Translations under genes and position numbers: made by a program | Shown here: positions 35,808 to 45,353 of the stretch, piece after piece | Layout: the number at the start of each line of letters is the position of its first letter | Numbering within the stretch: the first letter of the stretch is position 1 | The notes under the pieces: generated by a model | Databases searched by the model: none | Told to the model about the DNA's origin: nothing | Seen by the model: only the letters and a program-made list of their open reading frames with translations | Virus record (IMG/VR): IMGVR_UViG_2877982868_000014 | Strand: one strand, 5' to 3' | Source: a virus | Taxonomy: Duplodnaviria > Heunggongvirae > Uroviricota > Caudoviricetes | DNA: 64,000 nucleotides

Positions 35808-37898
35808 TCAGGCCAGCGGGTCATTTTCTTTTAATTTCGCTTCCAGCAACTGCAATCCCCGCTGGAAATTACGCTCGTATTCTTCATCAGGTTCATCGTC
35901 AGCGACCGGTTGCTGAACGGTCACCGTATTACCCACAGGGCGGTATATGTTTTCCAGCCAGGGCTCCTGCGGCTTGTGCTCCAGCACGTTGACAACCTCA
36001 TCCTCGGCATCACGGATTTTTTCCTCTGCGCGTTTACGCATGCCTTTAAGGCGTTGCTGCTGTTTGTAGTATTCCGCGCTAACCGGGAAGGCTTCGCGTT
36101 TATTACCGTCCCATACCGCCTCGCAAATCACGCTGCCATCCAGGCGACGTACGGTAATTCGTTCGGCATCATGAATGTCATAGCTGATAAGCACCTTACG
36201 ACCATGCTCGTCACGCAGCTCGGGCGCGTAGTAAATATTATTCAGCCAGCGTATTTCACAGCGTCTTACAGGGCGTTCCACCATCGGCCGGAACATATCC
36301 CGCAGCTCAACATCGGACAGCCATTCAATTTCCGTGTCCTCTTCCGCCAGGCGTTTTTTTCTGAACTCCGCCGGGCTGTAATGCTTGCCGTTCGGCTTCA
36401 CCGGTAATTCATCGTGCGGCCGGTTGTTGTACCACTCAACACCGTCACGAATGGCATCAATCAGTTCAGACCAGGACGGTAAATCACGCATCGCTGACTG
36501 CTGCCGGGCGTTCAGCCGTTTGCCCTGTTGCAGGGCAGTAAATGCCGAGCGTAAATCGCGGTTGGTTTTGCGTAACGTCTCGCGATCTGCACCTTTCCCG
36601 AAATAGGTGCGGTATTTACGGGCTATGCGCATCGGTAATGTGCGGTTAAGCCGTTCGATAATGCCTCGTCCCTGCGGATTACCGGCAATCCCGGTCGGGT
36701 GATTAATCCCCAGTCGCGGCAGTATCCCCACAACCTCCTTATCCAGGATGTCGGCGGTTTCCCCGGAGCCGTTATCCGAGTAATACAGAAACGGTTTGCC
36801 GTGATGGCGAATGCCGTGCTGTATGGCACCGGCTACGGCGAAAACATTTTCAGCCAGGTCAAGGCTCCAGCCCACCACAAAGCGCGTGCCACCGTCGATA
36901 ACAAAGGTCACTTCCGGTGCAAATGGCCGACCGTGAACCGGGTGTGCGCATTTCAGCTTCATGCCGTGACCGTCACCAATCCAGACATAATTCACCGGCA
37001 TTCTGGACCAGTCGCGGCGCGTGAATCCCTCAAGCTGGCGGTATTCACTGCCGGTCACCCGGCCTTTTTGTTTCACCACTTCCGGCAGTTTCTTCATTGC
37101 GCGGCGAATGGTGTCATAAGACGGCATGATATCGAGCATATAAGGCTCATCAGCGTGCCGGTGCTGCCATTCAGCGACAAAATCCTCGTAAGCCTCGGTC
37201 ATTGGTCGGCCGTTTGACTGGCGATACTGCGCCAGAAATTCGGGCAGCCAGTTAATATCTTCGGCTTTTATTTCCTGGCGCTTACCCGGTGCCAGTAAAA
37301 GCAGGCGTTCAGCGGCGTTCTGCGCCTTGTTAAAGGCCGCAATCCAGCGTTTCAGCGTTATTTCACTCAACGCACGGCTGTTTCCCTTTTTGGCGTTCGC
37401 CGTCTCAACCATTGCCACAATGCGCTCGTCCAGTTGCGAACGTGCCAGGTTGTCAACGATAAACCGGATAGCTTTCGCACAGCTGAAACCGGGTTGTTGC
37501 GCGACTTTCATCACTTCGCTGACGATCGCAATTCGTGCATCAGCCACCTGGCGCTGGTTTTCAGTCAGGGCATTAAGGCGTTCAACCATCAGTTGTGGTG
37601 ATCCGCGATATGCCTCCACCGCATCAACCACGGCAGGCGAGCGTCTGGCCTTTGTCACCACCGGAGCCGGTGATTCATCAGCTTTTTGCGTCATCAGTTG
37701 AAGGGCATAACGTTCACGCAATACTTGTTGCGCGCCAGAAGGCAAACAATCGATATTAAATTCGATTGCTTTTGTCCCCTTACGTTTGCGTAACATGGCT
37801 GCATTTCCCGCAGCTGCTTTTGTGAGTCGATGGCGAATGTTATGTTCCATCATTGGTAAATCAGGAAGACCAACACATTCTTTTGCTGTTACCCACAT
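35808..37898 (-). CDS. A: MuA-like DDE transposase
   Basis: 696 aa. DDE candidates in WIGDGHGM, YYSDNGSGE and GRGIIERLN. N-terminal DNA-binding domains and an acidic C-terminus. Confidence 0.9.
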   Translation of the reverse strand: MWVTAKECVGLPDLPMMEHNIRHRLTKAAAGNAAMLRKRKGTKAIEFNIDCLPSGAQQVLRERYALQLMTQKADESPAPVVTKARRSPAVVDAVEAYRGSPQLMVERLNALTENQRQVADARIAIVSEVMKVAQQPGFSCAKAIRFIVDNLARSQLDERIVAMVETANAKKGNSRALSEITLKRWIAAFNKAQNAAERLLLLAPGKRQEIKAEDINWLPEFLAQYRQSNGRPMTEAYEDFVAEWQHRHADEPYMLDIMPSYDTIRRAMKKLPEVVKQKGRVTGSEYRQLEGFTRRDWSRMPVNYVWIGDGHGMKLKCAHPVHGRPFAPEVTFVIDGGTRFVVGWSLDLAENVFAVAGAIQHGIRHHGKPFLYYSDNGSGETADILDKEVVGILPRLGINHPTGIAGNPQGRGIIERLNRTLPMRIARKYRTYFGKGADRETLRKTNRDLRSAFTALQQGKRLNARQQSAMRDLPSWSELIDAIRDGVEWYNNRPHDELPVKPNGKHYSPAEFRKKRLAEEDTEIEWLSDVELRDMFRPMVERPVRRCEIRWLNNIYYAPELRDEHGRKVLISYDIHDAERITVRRLDGSVICEAVWDGNKREAFPVSAEYYKQQQRLKGMRKRAEEKIRDAEDEVVNVLEHKPQEPWLENIYRPVGNTVTVQQPVADDEPDEEYERNFQRGLQLLEAKLKENDPLA

Positions 37899-37908
37899 AC
37901 ATCCCCCA

Positions 37909-38175
37909 TCAAGCCACTTCTCTGGCGTCCACCTGGTATCTGCTGGGCCAGATTACAGCAGGTTCAACCCCTATTTTTTCGGCGATGGCGGCTTCGTATT
38001 TACGGCACTGGCGGTAAAACACATTGCGCATTGATCCGCTTTTTAATCCTAACTCCCTTTCCAGTTCAGGGAGGTCTGTGCCTTTGTTTTCAAGGGCTGC
38101 ATATACCGCTTTAGCAGACCAGTCACACCCCTCTCGAACAAACAAATTATTCGATGCTTGTCTGGATACCCTCAT
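37909..38175 (-). CDS. ner: Ner-like early repressor (Ner/Nlp family)
   Basis: 88 aa. ...KIGVEPAVIWPSRYQ matches the conserved Ner C-terminal motif. It is the first gene of the early operon. Confidence 0.8.
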   Translation of the reverse strand: MRVSRQASNNLFVREGCDWSAKAVYAALENKGTDLPELERELGLKSGSMRNVFYRQCRKYEAAIAEKIGVEPAVIWPSRYQVDAREVA

Positions 38176-38331
38176 TGTGTGATCCTCTCATGTTTACCTG
38201 AACCGATAATCAAAACCGGTTATCGATTTAGGTAAATCATAATCGCAAAATAATTCGATATCAACGGTTTTTTGCGAGCATATCGAAATTAAATGCGATG
38301 TCGATAATTTCTTTGTTTTATAGGGGGTTAT
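38176..38331. promoter_or_regulatory. divergent repressor/early promoter-operator region
   Basis: 156-bp AT-rich gap between ner (minus) and the repressor gene (plus). Five copies of the hexamer CGATAA/TCGATA in both orientations (38204, 38220, 38254, 38281, 38301), including CGATAA-N10-TTATCG. Confidence 0.6.
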
Positions 38332-38943
38332 ATGGATAAGGCAGAAAAAACCGTATCCAGTGCGGAACGGTTTATTGATATGGAAGGAATAAACCGATTT
38401 TCAGAACGCTTAGCTATGGCTATGGGAAACATGACAAACGTCGAACTGGCGACCCTTTGTGGACTATCTGAAGCCACAGTAAGAAATTACAGGAAGGGGA
38501 AAAACTTCCCTCCTTTGGATAAACTGGCCTTAATAGCTAAAGCCTGTAATTGTTCACTCGAATGGTTGGCCACAGGCAAGAACGAAGATGAATGCGGAAA
38601 AATCGAAAACAATTGCGATTCAGGTTCGGGTATTGATCAGGCGCTTAGCTCTCTAAGCCCCCAAGAGAAGCAATTAATCCTTACATTCATCAGGCGAGAA
38701 GGTACTAATAACCTTGTCAGGCTGGCAGCAATGAATACATCTACAATCAGCCAGGATGCGGTAGAAAGCATCATTGATGCCTTGCCATTACGTCCCGTAC
38801 TAAAAAATGCAATAAAGATAGGAATGGCGGGAAGTGAAGAAACAGACAAAGAGATTTTGCGCGTTATTGAGAAGTACAACTCGAGCAATAACGCCACCCA
38901 GGAATCAGGGGCAGTGACAGTAAAGAAAAATGTTGTTGGTTAA
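38332..38943 (+). CDS. phage repressor, XRE-type HTH
   Basis: 203 aa. HTH TNVELATLCGLSEATVRNYRKG. Transcribed toward the left end, the position of Mu c. Confidence 0.75.
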   Translation: MDKAEKTVSSAERFIDMEGINRFSERLAMAMGNMTNVELATLCGLSEATVRNYRKGKNFPPLDKLALIAKACNCSLEWLATGKNEDECGKIENNCDSGSGIDQALSSLSPQEKQLILTFIRREGTNNLVRLAAMNTSTISQDAVESIIDALPLRPVLKNAIKIGMAGSEETDKEILRVIEKYNSSNNATQESGAVTVKKNVVG

Positions 38944-39135
38944 GCGCCATCGCTATCATGAGGTGGTGCTGTAAATACATATAGAGATCATATGACTCAT
39001 CCCAAGATAATCACGCTATTGAATAGTAATTCATGATGATTATCATACTGATTATAGTTAGATCGATTATGTGAGCATTTTGGCAGTTTGAAGATGTTTT
39101 GAAGATGTTTTGAAGAAGATTTTAAGGGTAAATTA

Positions 39136-39300
39136 GCAGTATCAAATGTGTCGCCGTTTTTTGATCTTTTGACTATTTGTTGAGCAGTCGGTATCAAAAA
39201 GAGTTTTCCGTCCGAAGTATACATCACCTGTTTTATTTCAGCATCTTACAGGTGATTTCACCTCCTTTCACTAAAACCCTTGTCGGTATCAAATGATTCA
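39136..39300 (-). repeat. Mu-type left end with three transposase-binding-like repeats
   Basis: TTTGATACCGAC at 39282-39293 and 39187-39198, variant ATTTGATACTGC at 39136-39147 (minus-strand reading). Terminal dinucleotide TG at 39300. Confidence 0.7.
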
Positions 39301-39767
39301 CCTGGTTACAGGCAATCCATGCCCCGGCGCTGGATCGCGGCGCGGCTCTTGGCGCACTGATGCGTCTGGAACATCCCAACGCTAGTGCCGAAGCGGCGCT
39401 GACGATGCTGGCGCAGTTATCCCCGGCACAATCCGGCGAAGCGCTGCACGGTTTGCTGGCGCTGGCCCGCCATCAACTGGCCTGTCAGCCGGCATTTATC
39501 GCCGGTTTCAGCAGTCATTTAAATCAACCAAGTGATGCCGATTTTATCAATGCCCTGCCCGATTTACGCGCGGCGATGGCCTGGCTACCGCCACGAGAAC
39601 GCGGGACACTGGCGCATCAGGTGCTTGAACATTATCAACTGGCGCAACTTCCCGTTTCGGCGCTGCAAATGCCGTTGCATTGCCCACCACAAGCCATTGC
39701 ACATCATCAACAACTCGAACAGCAGGCACTGGCATCGCTGCAAAACTGGGGAGTTTTCCATGTCTGA
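39301..39767 (+). pseudogene. yehM: yehM 3' fragment, truncated by the Mu-like prophage
   Basis: Frame open from the junction (...WLQAIHAPALDRGAALGALMRLEHPNAS...NWGVFHV). Its end overlaps the yehP start as in the E. coli yehLMPQ operon. No upstream part is present. Confidence 0.75.
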
Positions 39768-40896
39768 ACTGAACGATCTTCTGACCACCCGTGAGCTACA
39801 ACGCTGGCGATTAATTCTTGGCGAAGCGGCAGAAACGACGCTTTGTGGGCTGGATGACAACGCCCGGCAGATAGACCACGCGCTGGAGTGGCTGTATGGG
39901 CGCGATCCTGAACGGCTCCAGCGTGGTGAACGCTCCGGTGGATTAGGTGGCTCAAATCTCACCACCCCTGAGTGGATCAACAGTATTCACACGCTGTTTC
40001 CGCAACAGGTGATTGAGCGGCTGGAAAGCGATGCCGTACTGCGCTACGGCATTGAAGATGTGGTGACGAATCTCGACGTGCTGGAACGTATGCAGCCTTC
40101 TGAAAGCCTGCTACGCGCCGTTTTGCACACCAAACATCTGATGAACCCCGAAGTACTGGCTGCCGCCCGCCGGATAGTGCGCCAGGTTGTTGAAGAAATT
40201 ATGGCTCGACTGGCAAAGGAAGTTCGTCAGGCTTTTTCTGGTGTCCGCGATCGCCGTCGCCGCTCATCTATTCCACTGGCGCGAGACTTTGATTTCAAAA
40301 GTACTCTTCGCGCCAATCTGCAACACTGGCACCCGCAACACGGCAAGTTGTATATCGAATCCCCCCGCTTTAACAGCCGAATTAAGCGCCACAGTGAACA
40401 ATGGCAACTGGTCTTACTGGTTGATCTAAGCGGATCGATGGTCGATTCGGTGATCCACTCTGCGGTAATGGCGGCCTGTTTGTGGCAGTTACCCGGCATT
40501 CGTACCCATCTGGTGGCGTTTGACACCAGTGTCGTTGATCTCACGGCAGACGTTGCCGATCCGGTAGAGTTATTAATGAAAGTACAGTTGGGCGGCGGGA
40601 CCAATATCGCCAGTGCCGTGGAGTATGGGCGGCAACTTATTGAACAACCAGCAAAAAGCGTCATTATCCTCGTGAGTGATTTTTATGAAGGGGGTTCATC
40701 ATCATTGCTGACGCATCAGGTGAAAAAGTGTGTCCAGAGCGGCATCAAAGTGCTGGGGCTGGCAGCGCTCGACAGCACCGCAACGCCTTGCTATGACCGC
40801 GATATGGCCCAGGCGCTGGTTAATGTTGGCGCACAAATAGCCGCAATGACACCGGGTGAACTGGCTACCTGGCTTGCGGAGAATTTGCAGTCATGA
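39760..40896 (+). CDS. yehP: YehP, von Willebrand factor A domain protein
   Basis: 378 aa from MSELNDLLTTRELQRW. MIDAS-type LLVDLSGSM. Confidence 0.88.
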   Translation: MSELNDLLTTRELQRWRLILGEAAETTLCGLDDNARQIDHALEWLYGRDPERLQRGERSGGLGGSNLTTPEWINSIHTLFPQQVIERLESDAVLRYGIEDVVTNLDVLERMQPSESLLRAVLHTKHLMNPEVLAAARRIVRQVVEEIMARLAKEVRQAFSGVRDRRRRSSIPLARDFDFKSTLRANLQHWHPQHGKLYIESPRFNSRIKRHSEQWQLVLLVDLSGSMVDSVIHSAVMAACLWQLPGIRTHLVAFDTSVVDLTADVADPVELLMKVQLGGGTNIASAVEYGRQLIEQPAKSVIILVSDFYEGGSSSLLTHQVKKCVQSGIKVLGLAALDSTATPCYDRDMAQALVNVGAQIAAMTPGELATWLAENLQS

Positions 40897-43130
40897 ATTC
40901 ACTACGTCCGGAATTATTAGAACTCACGCCGCAGGCCCTGACGGCGTTAAGCAATGCCGGTTTTGTTAAGCGCAGCCTTAAGGAACTGGAAAATGGCAAC
41001 GTCCCGGAAATCAGCCATGAGAACGGCGCTTTAATCGCCACCTTCAGTGACGGTGTCCGTACCCAGCTGGCGAACGGCCAGGCACTGAAAGAGGCTCAGT
41101 GCACCTGCGGGGCTAGCGGCATGTGCCGTCATCGCGTGATGCTGGTGTTAAGTTATCAGCGACTTTGTGCCACCACCCGGCCCACGGAAAAAGAAGAAGA
41201 GTGGCAGCCTGCAATCTGGCTGGAAGAACTGGCTACCCTGCCCGATGCCACCCGCAAACGTGCACAGGTGCTGGTCGCTAAAGGCATCACCATTGAGTTG
41301 TTCTGTGCGCCTGGCGAAATTCCCTCAGCCCGCTTACCGATGAGTGATGTGCGTTTTTATTCCCGCAGCAGCATTCGCTTCGCCCGCTGTGATTGTATTG
41401 AAGGCACACTTTGCGAACATGTCGTACTGGCTGTGCAGGCCTTCGTCGAGGCCAAAACTCAGCAAGCGGAATTTACTCATTTAATCTGGCAGATGCGCAG
41501 CGAACACGTCACATCATCTGACGACCCGTTTGCCAGCGAAGAAGGCAACGCGTGTCGTCAATATGTTCAGCAATTAAGCCAGGCATTATGGCTTGGCGGC
41601 ATCAGCCAGCCGCTTATTCACTACGAGGCCGCTTTCAGCCGCGCGCAGCAAGCGGCGGAACGCTGCAACTGGCGCTGGGTGAGTGAATCGCTACGGCAAC
41701 TGCGCGCCAGCGTTGATGCCTTCCACGCCCGCGCCAGCCACTATCATGCAGGAGAATGCTTACGTCAGCTTGCGGCATTAAACAGTCGATTAAATTGCGC
41801 ACAAGAGATGGCCCGGCGCGACAGTGTTGGTGAAGTTCCTCCTGTGCCGTGGCGCACGGTCGTTGGCTCTGGCATTGCCGGAGAAGCAAAGCTTGATCAT
41901 CTGCGGCTGGTGTCTTTAGGTATGCGTTGCTGGCAGGATATTGAGCATTATGGTTTACGCATCTGGTTTACCGATCCCGACACCGGCAGTATTTTGCACC
42001 TTTCGCGCAGTTGGCCGCGAAGTGAACAGGAAAACTCACCGGCAGCTACGCGTCGGCTGTTTAGTTTTCAGGCTGGCGCACTGGCGGGTGGGCAAATTGT
42101 TTCACAAGCAGCAAAACGCAGTGCCGATGGCGAGCTGCTGTTAGCTACCCGCAACCGCTTAAGCAGCGTTGTGCCGCTGTCGCCTGATGCCTGGCGAATG
42201 TTGAGCGCGCCGTTACGCCAGCCGGGCATTGTGGCTTTGCGGGAATATTTACGCCAGCGTCCCCCCTCCTGCATACGGCCTCTTAATCAGGTCGATAACT
42301 TATTTATTCTGCCGGTCGCTGAGTGTATTTCGCTCGGTTGGGATAGCAGCCGCCAGACGCTGGATGCGCAGGTAATCAGCGGCGAAGGTGAAGATAATCT
42401 GCTGACGTTATCACTGCCAGCCTCAGCCAGCGCGCCTTATGCCGTTGAACGCATGGCGGCGCTTTTGCAACAAACAGACGACCCCGTGTGTCTGGTTTCT
42501 GGCTTTGTCAGTTTTGTTGATGGGCAATTGACACTGGAACCACAGGTAATGATGACAAAGACTCGTGCCTGGGCGCTGGACGCAGAAACTGCGCCTGTGG
42601 TGGCATCACTACCTTCTGCCAGCGTTCTGCCTGTGCCGTCTACTGCTCATCAGTTGCTGATGCGCTGCCAGGCATTACTTATTCAACTGCTCCATAACGG
42701 CTGGCGCTATCAGGAACAGAGTGCTATTGGTCAGGCAGAGTTGCTGGCGAATGACCTCACCGCGGTGGGTTTTTATCGGCTGGCACATGTATTGGGACAA
42801 TTTCGTAATACAGAAAGCGAGGCACGGGTAGAAGCAATGAATAACGGTGTTTTGCTGTGCGAACAATTATTCCCCCTGCTTCAGCAACAAGGATTGAACC
42901 GCCCCGGGTTTCCTGGAGAGTGTTTTATCTGTGAACTCAGGCTGCCAGATCATCGTTTCCGATGGAAGCATAATAAGCTTTTTCTGCTTCTGCCGGAGGA
43001 GCATGGCCCAGCCTTCCCAGCAATCGTCGATTGTTATACCAGTCCACCCACGTTAGTGTGGCCAGTTCCACTTCTGCACGGTTTTTCCAGCTCTTACGGT
43101 GTATTACCTCCGCTTTGTAAAGACCATTGA
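40893..43130 (+). CDS. yehQ: YehQ (SWIM zinc-finger protein) with a 78-codon IS629-derived C-terminal extension
   Basis: SWIM-like motifs CTCGASGMCRHRV and CDCIEGTLCEHVV. Native sequence ends at ...LLQQQG (42893). The stop codon is destroyed by IS629 at 42895 and the frame runs on to 43130. Confidence 0.8.
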   Translation: MNSLRPELLELTPQALTALSNAGFVKRSLKELENGNVPEISHENGALIATFSDGVRTQLANGQALKEAQCTCGASGMCRHRVMLVLSYQRLCATTRPTEKEEEWQPAIWLEELATLPDATRKRAQVLVAKGITIELFCAPGEIPSARLPMSDVRFYSRSSIRFARCDCIEGTLCEHVVLAVQAFVEAKTQQAEFTHLIWQMRSEHVTSSDDPFASEEGNACRQYVQQLSQALWLGGISQPLIHYEAAFSRAQQAAERCNWRWVSESLRQLRASVDAFHARASHYHAGECLRQLAALNSRLNCAQEMARRDSVGEVPPVPWRTVVGSGIAGEAKLDHLRLVSLGMRCWQDIEHYGLRIWFTDPDTGSILHLSRSWPRSEQENSPAATRRLFSFQAGALAGGQIVSQAAKRSADGELLLATRNRLSSVVPLSPDAWRMLSAPLRQPGIVALREYLRQRPPSCIRPLNQVDNLFILPVAECISLGWDSSRQTLDAQVISGEGEDNLLTLSLPASASAPYAVERMAALLQQTDDPVCLVSGFVSFVDGQLTLEPQVMMTKTRAWALDAETAPVVASLPSASVLPVPSTAHQLLMRCQALLIQLLHNGWRYQEQSAIGQAELLANDLTAVGFYRLAHVLGQFRNTESEARVEAMNNGVLLCEQLFPLLQQQGLNRPGFPGECFICELRLPDHRFRWKHNKLFLLLPEEHGPAFPAIVDCYTSPPTLVWPVPLLHGFSSSYGVLPPLCKDH

Positions 43131-43827
43131 TGCTCTCAGCCATCGCGTTGTCATACGAGTCGCCTGTACTCCCTGTTGATGCCAGTAATCCGGCTTCTTT
43201 TAGTCGCTCCGTATAGGCTAGTGACACATACTGAGAGCCTTTATCGCTGTGATGGATGGTGCCAGACGGACGACGGGCCCACAACGCCTGCTCCAGCGCA
43301 TCCAGCACGAATGTCGTTTCCATAGACGATGAGACCCGCCACCCCACGATGTATCCGGCAAACACATCAATGATAAACGCCACATAGACGAAGCCCTGCC
43401 ATGTGCTGACGTAAGTAAAATCAGCCACCCACAGCTGGTCAGGTCGTTCTGCCACGAACTGACGGTTTACGCGGTCGCCTGCGGCAACGGCTTTCCGGCT
43501 GATGGTCGTACGGACCTTTTTACCCCGGAGAACACCGGCAAGTCCCATAACCGCCATGAGACGTGCCACTGTACATCTGGCCACCCTGATTCCTTCCCGT
43601 AACAACTGACGCCAGACTTTACGCACACCGTACACCTGATGATTTTCATCGTATACGCGCTGTATCTCTCTCTTCAGCCAGTCGTCGTGCTGCGCACGGG
43701 CACTGCGTTTATCCGGATGATGTCGCTGTTGCTGACAATGGTAATACGTTGACGGGGCAATATGCAGTTCGCTGCATACCGGTCCGACCCCGTACTGCTC
43801 ACGCAGCTTATCCAGCAGTGGCATCAT
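42937..43827 (-). CDS. IS629 OrfB (DDE catalytic subunit)
   Basis: 296 aa. Overlaps orfA at the A6 run (43827-43832), the usual IS3-family -1 frameshift window. Confidence 0.9.
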   Translation of the reverse strand: MMPLLDKLREQYGVGPVCSELHIAPSTYYHCQQQRHHPDKRSARAQHDDWLKREIQRVYDENHQVYGVRKVWRQLLREGIRVARCTVARLMAVMGLAGVLRGKKVRTTISRKAVAAGDRVNRQFVAERPDQLWVADFTYVSTWQGFVYVAFIIDVFAGYIVGWRVSSSMETTFVLDALEQALWARRPSGTIHHSDKGSQYVSLAYTERLKEAGLLASTGSTGDSYDNAMAESINGLYKAEVIHRKSWKNRAEVELATLTWVDWYNNRRLLGRLGHAPPAEAEKAYYASIGNDDLAA

Positions 43828-44150
43828 TTTTTCCAGAGGCGGTCGAACTCCGCCTTCGCAAAATAAGCGGAAGCCTGGCGAAGGATATCGTTACTGCGGC
43901 GCAGTTCACGATTTTCACGTTCCAGCTCTTTCAGACGCTGACGTTCAGCGCTGGTGAGCCCACCATCACCGCCCCCGGTATCCCGCTCATGCTGGCGAAC
44001 CCAGACACGCAGAGTCTCCGGCGTACAGCCAATCTTTGGGGCAATGGAACAAATTGCCGCCCACTGTGAGTCATATTCATCCTGACTTTCCAGAACCATA
44101 CGAATCGCCCGCTGACGGACTTCGGGGGAAAAACGAGTATTTTTAGTCAT
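43824..44150 (-). CDS. IS629 OrfA (HTH transposase subunit)
   Basis: 108 aa. [30 protein letters not shown]... is recognisably IS629/IS1203 OrfA. Confidence 0.9.
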   Translation of the reverse strand: MTKNTRFSPEVRQRAIRMVLESQDEYDSQWAAICSIAPKIGCTPETLRVWVRQHERDTGGGDGGLTSAERQRLKELERENRELRRSNDILRQASAYFAKAEFDRLWKK

Positions 44151-44333
44151 CCTGTTTACCTCTTTCTCAGGGAGTTTAGTCTCCAGGATTTCCGGGGCGG
44201 TTCAGATGAAATAGTGCTTTTTACTAAGAGTTCTACTCCAGTTCCGGACTGCTCACGCCACGGTATTAGGCATATCCTATATAGCCCCTGGTGAGAGTCA
44301 CCAGTTCCTTGATTAAATAAAATGGAGTTTTAC

Positions 44334-44795
44334 ATGAAGGCTTTCAATAAGCTGTTTTCCCTTGTTGTTGCATCTGTTCTGGTTTTTTCTCTTGCTGGCT
44401 GCGGTGACAAAGAAGAATCGAAGAAATTCAGCGCCAATCTGAACGGCACTGAAATTGCCATTACCTATGTCTACAAAGGTGACAAGGTGCTTAAGCAATC
44501 TTCTGAAACCAAAATTCAATTTGCCTCCATTGGTGCTACCACCAAAGAAGATGCTGCCAAGACACTTGAGCCGTTAAGCGCCAAATACAAAAACATCGCG
44601 GGTGTTGAAGAAAAATTAACCTATACCGATACCTACGCGCAGGAAAACGTGACTATCGATATGGAAAAAGTGGATTTTAAAGCCCTGCAGGGTATTTCAG
44701 GAATCAACGTTTCTGCTGAAGATGCCAAAAAAGGTATCACTATGGCGCAAATGGAACTGGTGATGAAAGCCGCTGGTTTTAAAGAAGTGAAATAA
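44334..44795 (+). CDS. yehR: YehR lipoprotein (DUF1307)
   Basis: 153 aa from MKAFNKLFSLVVASVLVFSLAGC, with a lipobox. Confidence 0.88.
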   Translation: MKAFNKLFSLVVASVLVFSLAGCGDKEESKKFSANLNGTEIAITYVYKGDKVLKQSSETKIQFASIGATTKEDAAKTLEPLSAKYKNIAGVEEKLTYTDTYAQENVTIDMEKVDFKALQGISGINVSAEDAKKGITMAQMELVMKAAGFKEVK

Positions 44796-44801
44796 TCTGT
44801 C

Positions 44802-44827
44802 GGCGGCCATGTTTGCGCATGGCCGCC
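44802..44827. terminator. hairpin between convergent yehR and yehS
   Basis: GGCGGCCATG-TTTGCG-CATGGCCGCC, a 10-bp stem with no clear U-tract. Confidence 0.4.
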
Positions 44828-44836
44828 ATACCCGTC

Positions 44837-45307
44837 TTAGCTTTTCTTCACATGCTGGCGCGCTGCCAGTCCACGCAGAAAATAACGTAAAAATTGATCG
44901 CCGCATTCGCGGAAGTTTTTATGATCCGGTGCACGCATCATCGCCGTAATTTCCGGCATCGAAACGCGGAACTGCTGTTCGGTGAGGATCGCCAGAATGT
45001 CATCGGTTTTCAGCGAAAACGCGATGCGTAATTTTTTCAGCACGATGTTGTTATTAATGCGACGTTCCGGCTCCAGTGCCGGAGCAGACTCATCCTTGCC
45101 GCGTTTTTCATAAATCAGGCCATTGAGGAATGACGACAAAACAATGTCCGGACAACGCTGAAAACCCTCTTCGTCTTCTTTACGTAGCCAGACGGCGATC
45201 TGTTCCGCGGTGGCTTCGACATTACCCAGCGCCAGTATACGCACCAGGTCATTATTATTGGCTTTCAAAATGTAGCGCACGCTGCGCAGAATATCGTTAC
45301 TTAGCAT
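44837..45307 (-). CDS. yehS: YehS (DUF1456)
   Basis: 156 aa from MLSNDILRSVRYILKANNNDL. Confidence 0.85.
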   Translation of the reverse strand: MLSNDILRSVRYILKANNNDLVRILALGNVEATAEQIAVWLRKEDEEGFQRCPDIVLSSFLNGLIYEKRGKDESAPALEPERRINNNIVLKKLRIAFSLKTDDILAILTEQQFRVSMPEITAMMRAPDHKNFRECGDQFLRYFLRGLAARQHVKKS

Positions 45308-45353
45308 GAGGCCTTCAGGTGTTGATGAGGCAAAAAGCCATTTTAGCAGTCTT

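Larger units (their letters stand above)
1..39300 (-). mobile_element. Mu-like transposable prophage, nearly complete (right end lies just beyond window start)
   Basis: Minus-strand gene order matches phage Mu: repressor/ner/A/B, gam, gemA, mor, lys, terminase, portal, F, G, I, T, sheath, tube, TMP, baseplate, S/U inversion segment, gin, com, mom. Read inward from 39300 the terminus is 5'-TGAATCATTTGATACCGAC. It abuts the yehM reading frame at 39301. Confidence 0.9.
42895..44204 (-). mobile_element. IS629 (IS3 family), complete
   Basis: 1310 bp. Imperfect terminal IRs TGAACCGCCCCGGGTTTCCTGGAGAG / TGAACCGCCCCGGAAATCCTGGAGAC. 3-bp direct repeat GAT (42892-42894 and 44205-44207). orfA and orfB are intact. 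Confidence 0.92.

Noticed and set aside
38997-39227. 76-aa ORF inside the Mu left end
   Set aside because: It lies in the non-coding terminal region, across the transposase-binding repeats. It has a GTG start with no SD, an AT-rich composition, and runs head-on toward the repressor gene.
42897-43130. Treating the last 78 codons of the 745-aa ORF as genuine YehQ sequence
   Set aside because: These codons lie entirely within IS629 (its terminal repeat and the antisense of orfB), so they are a read-through tail.
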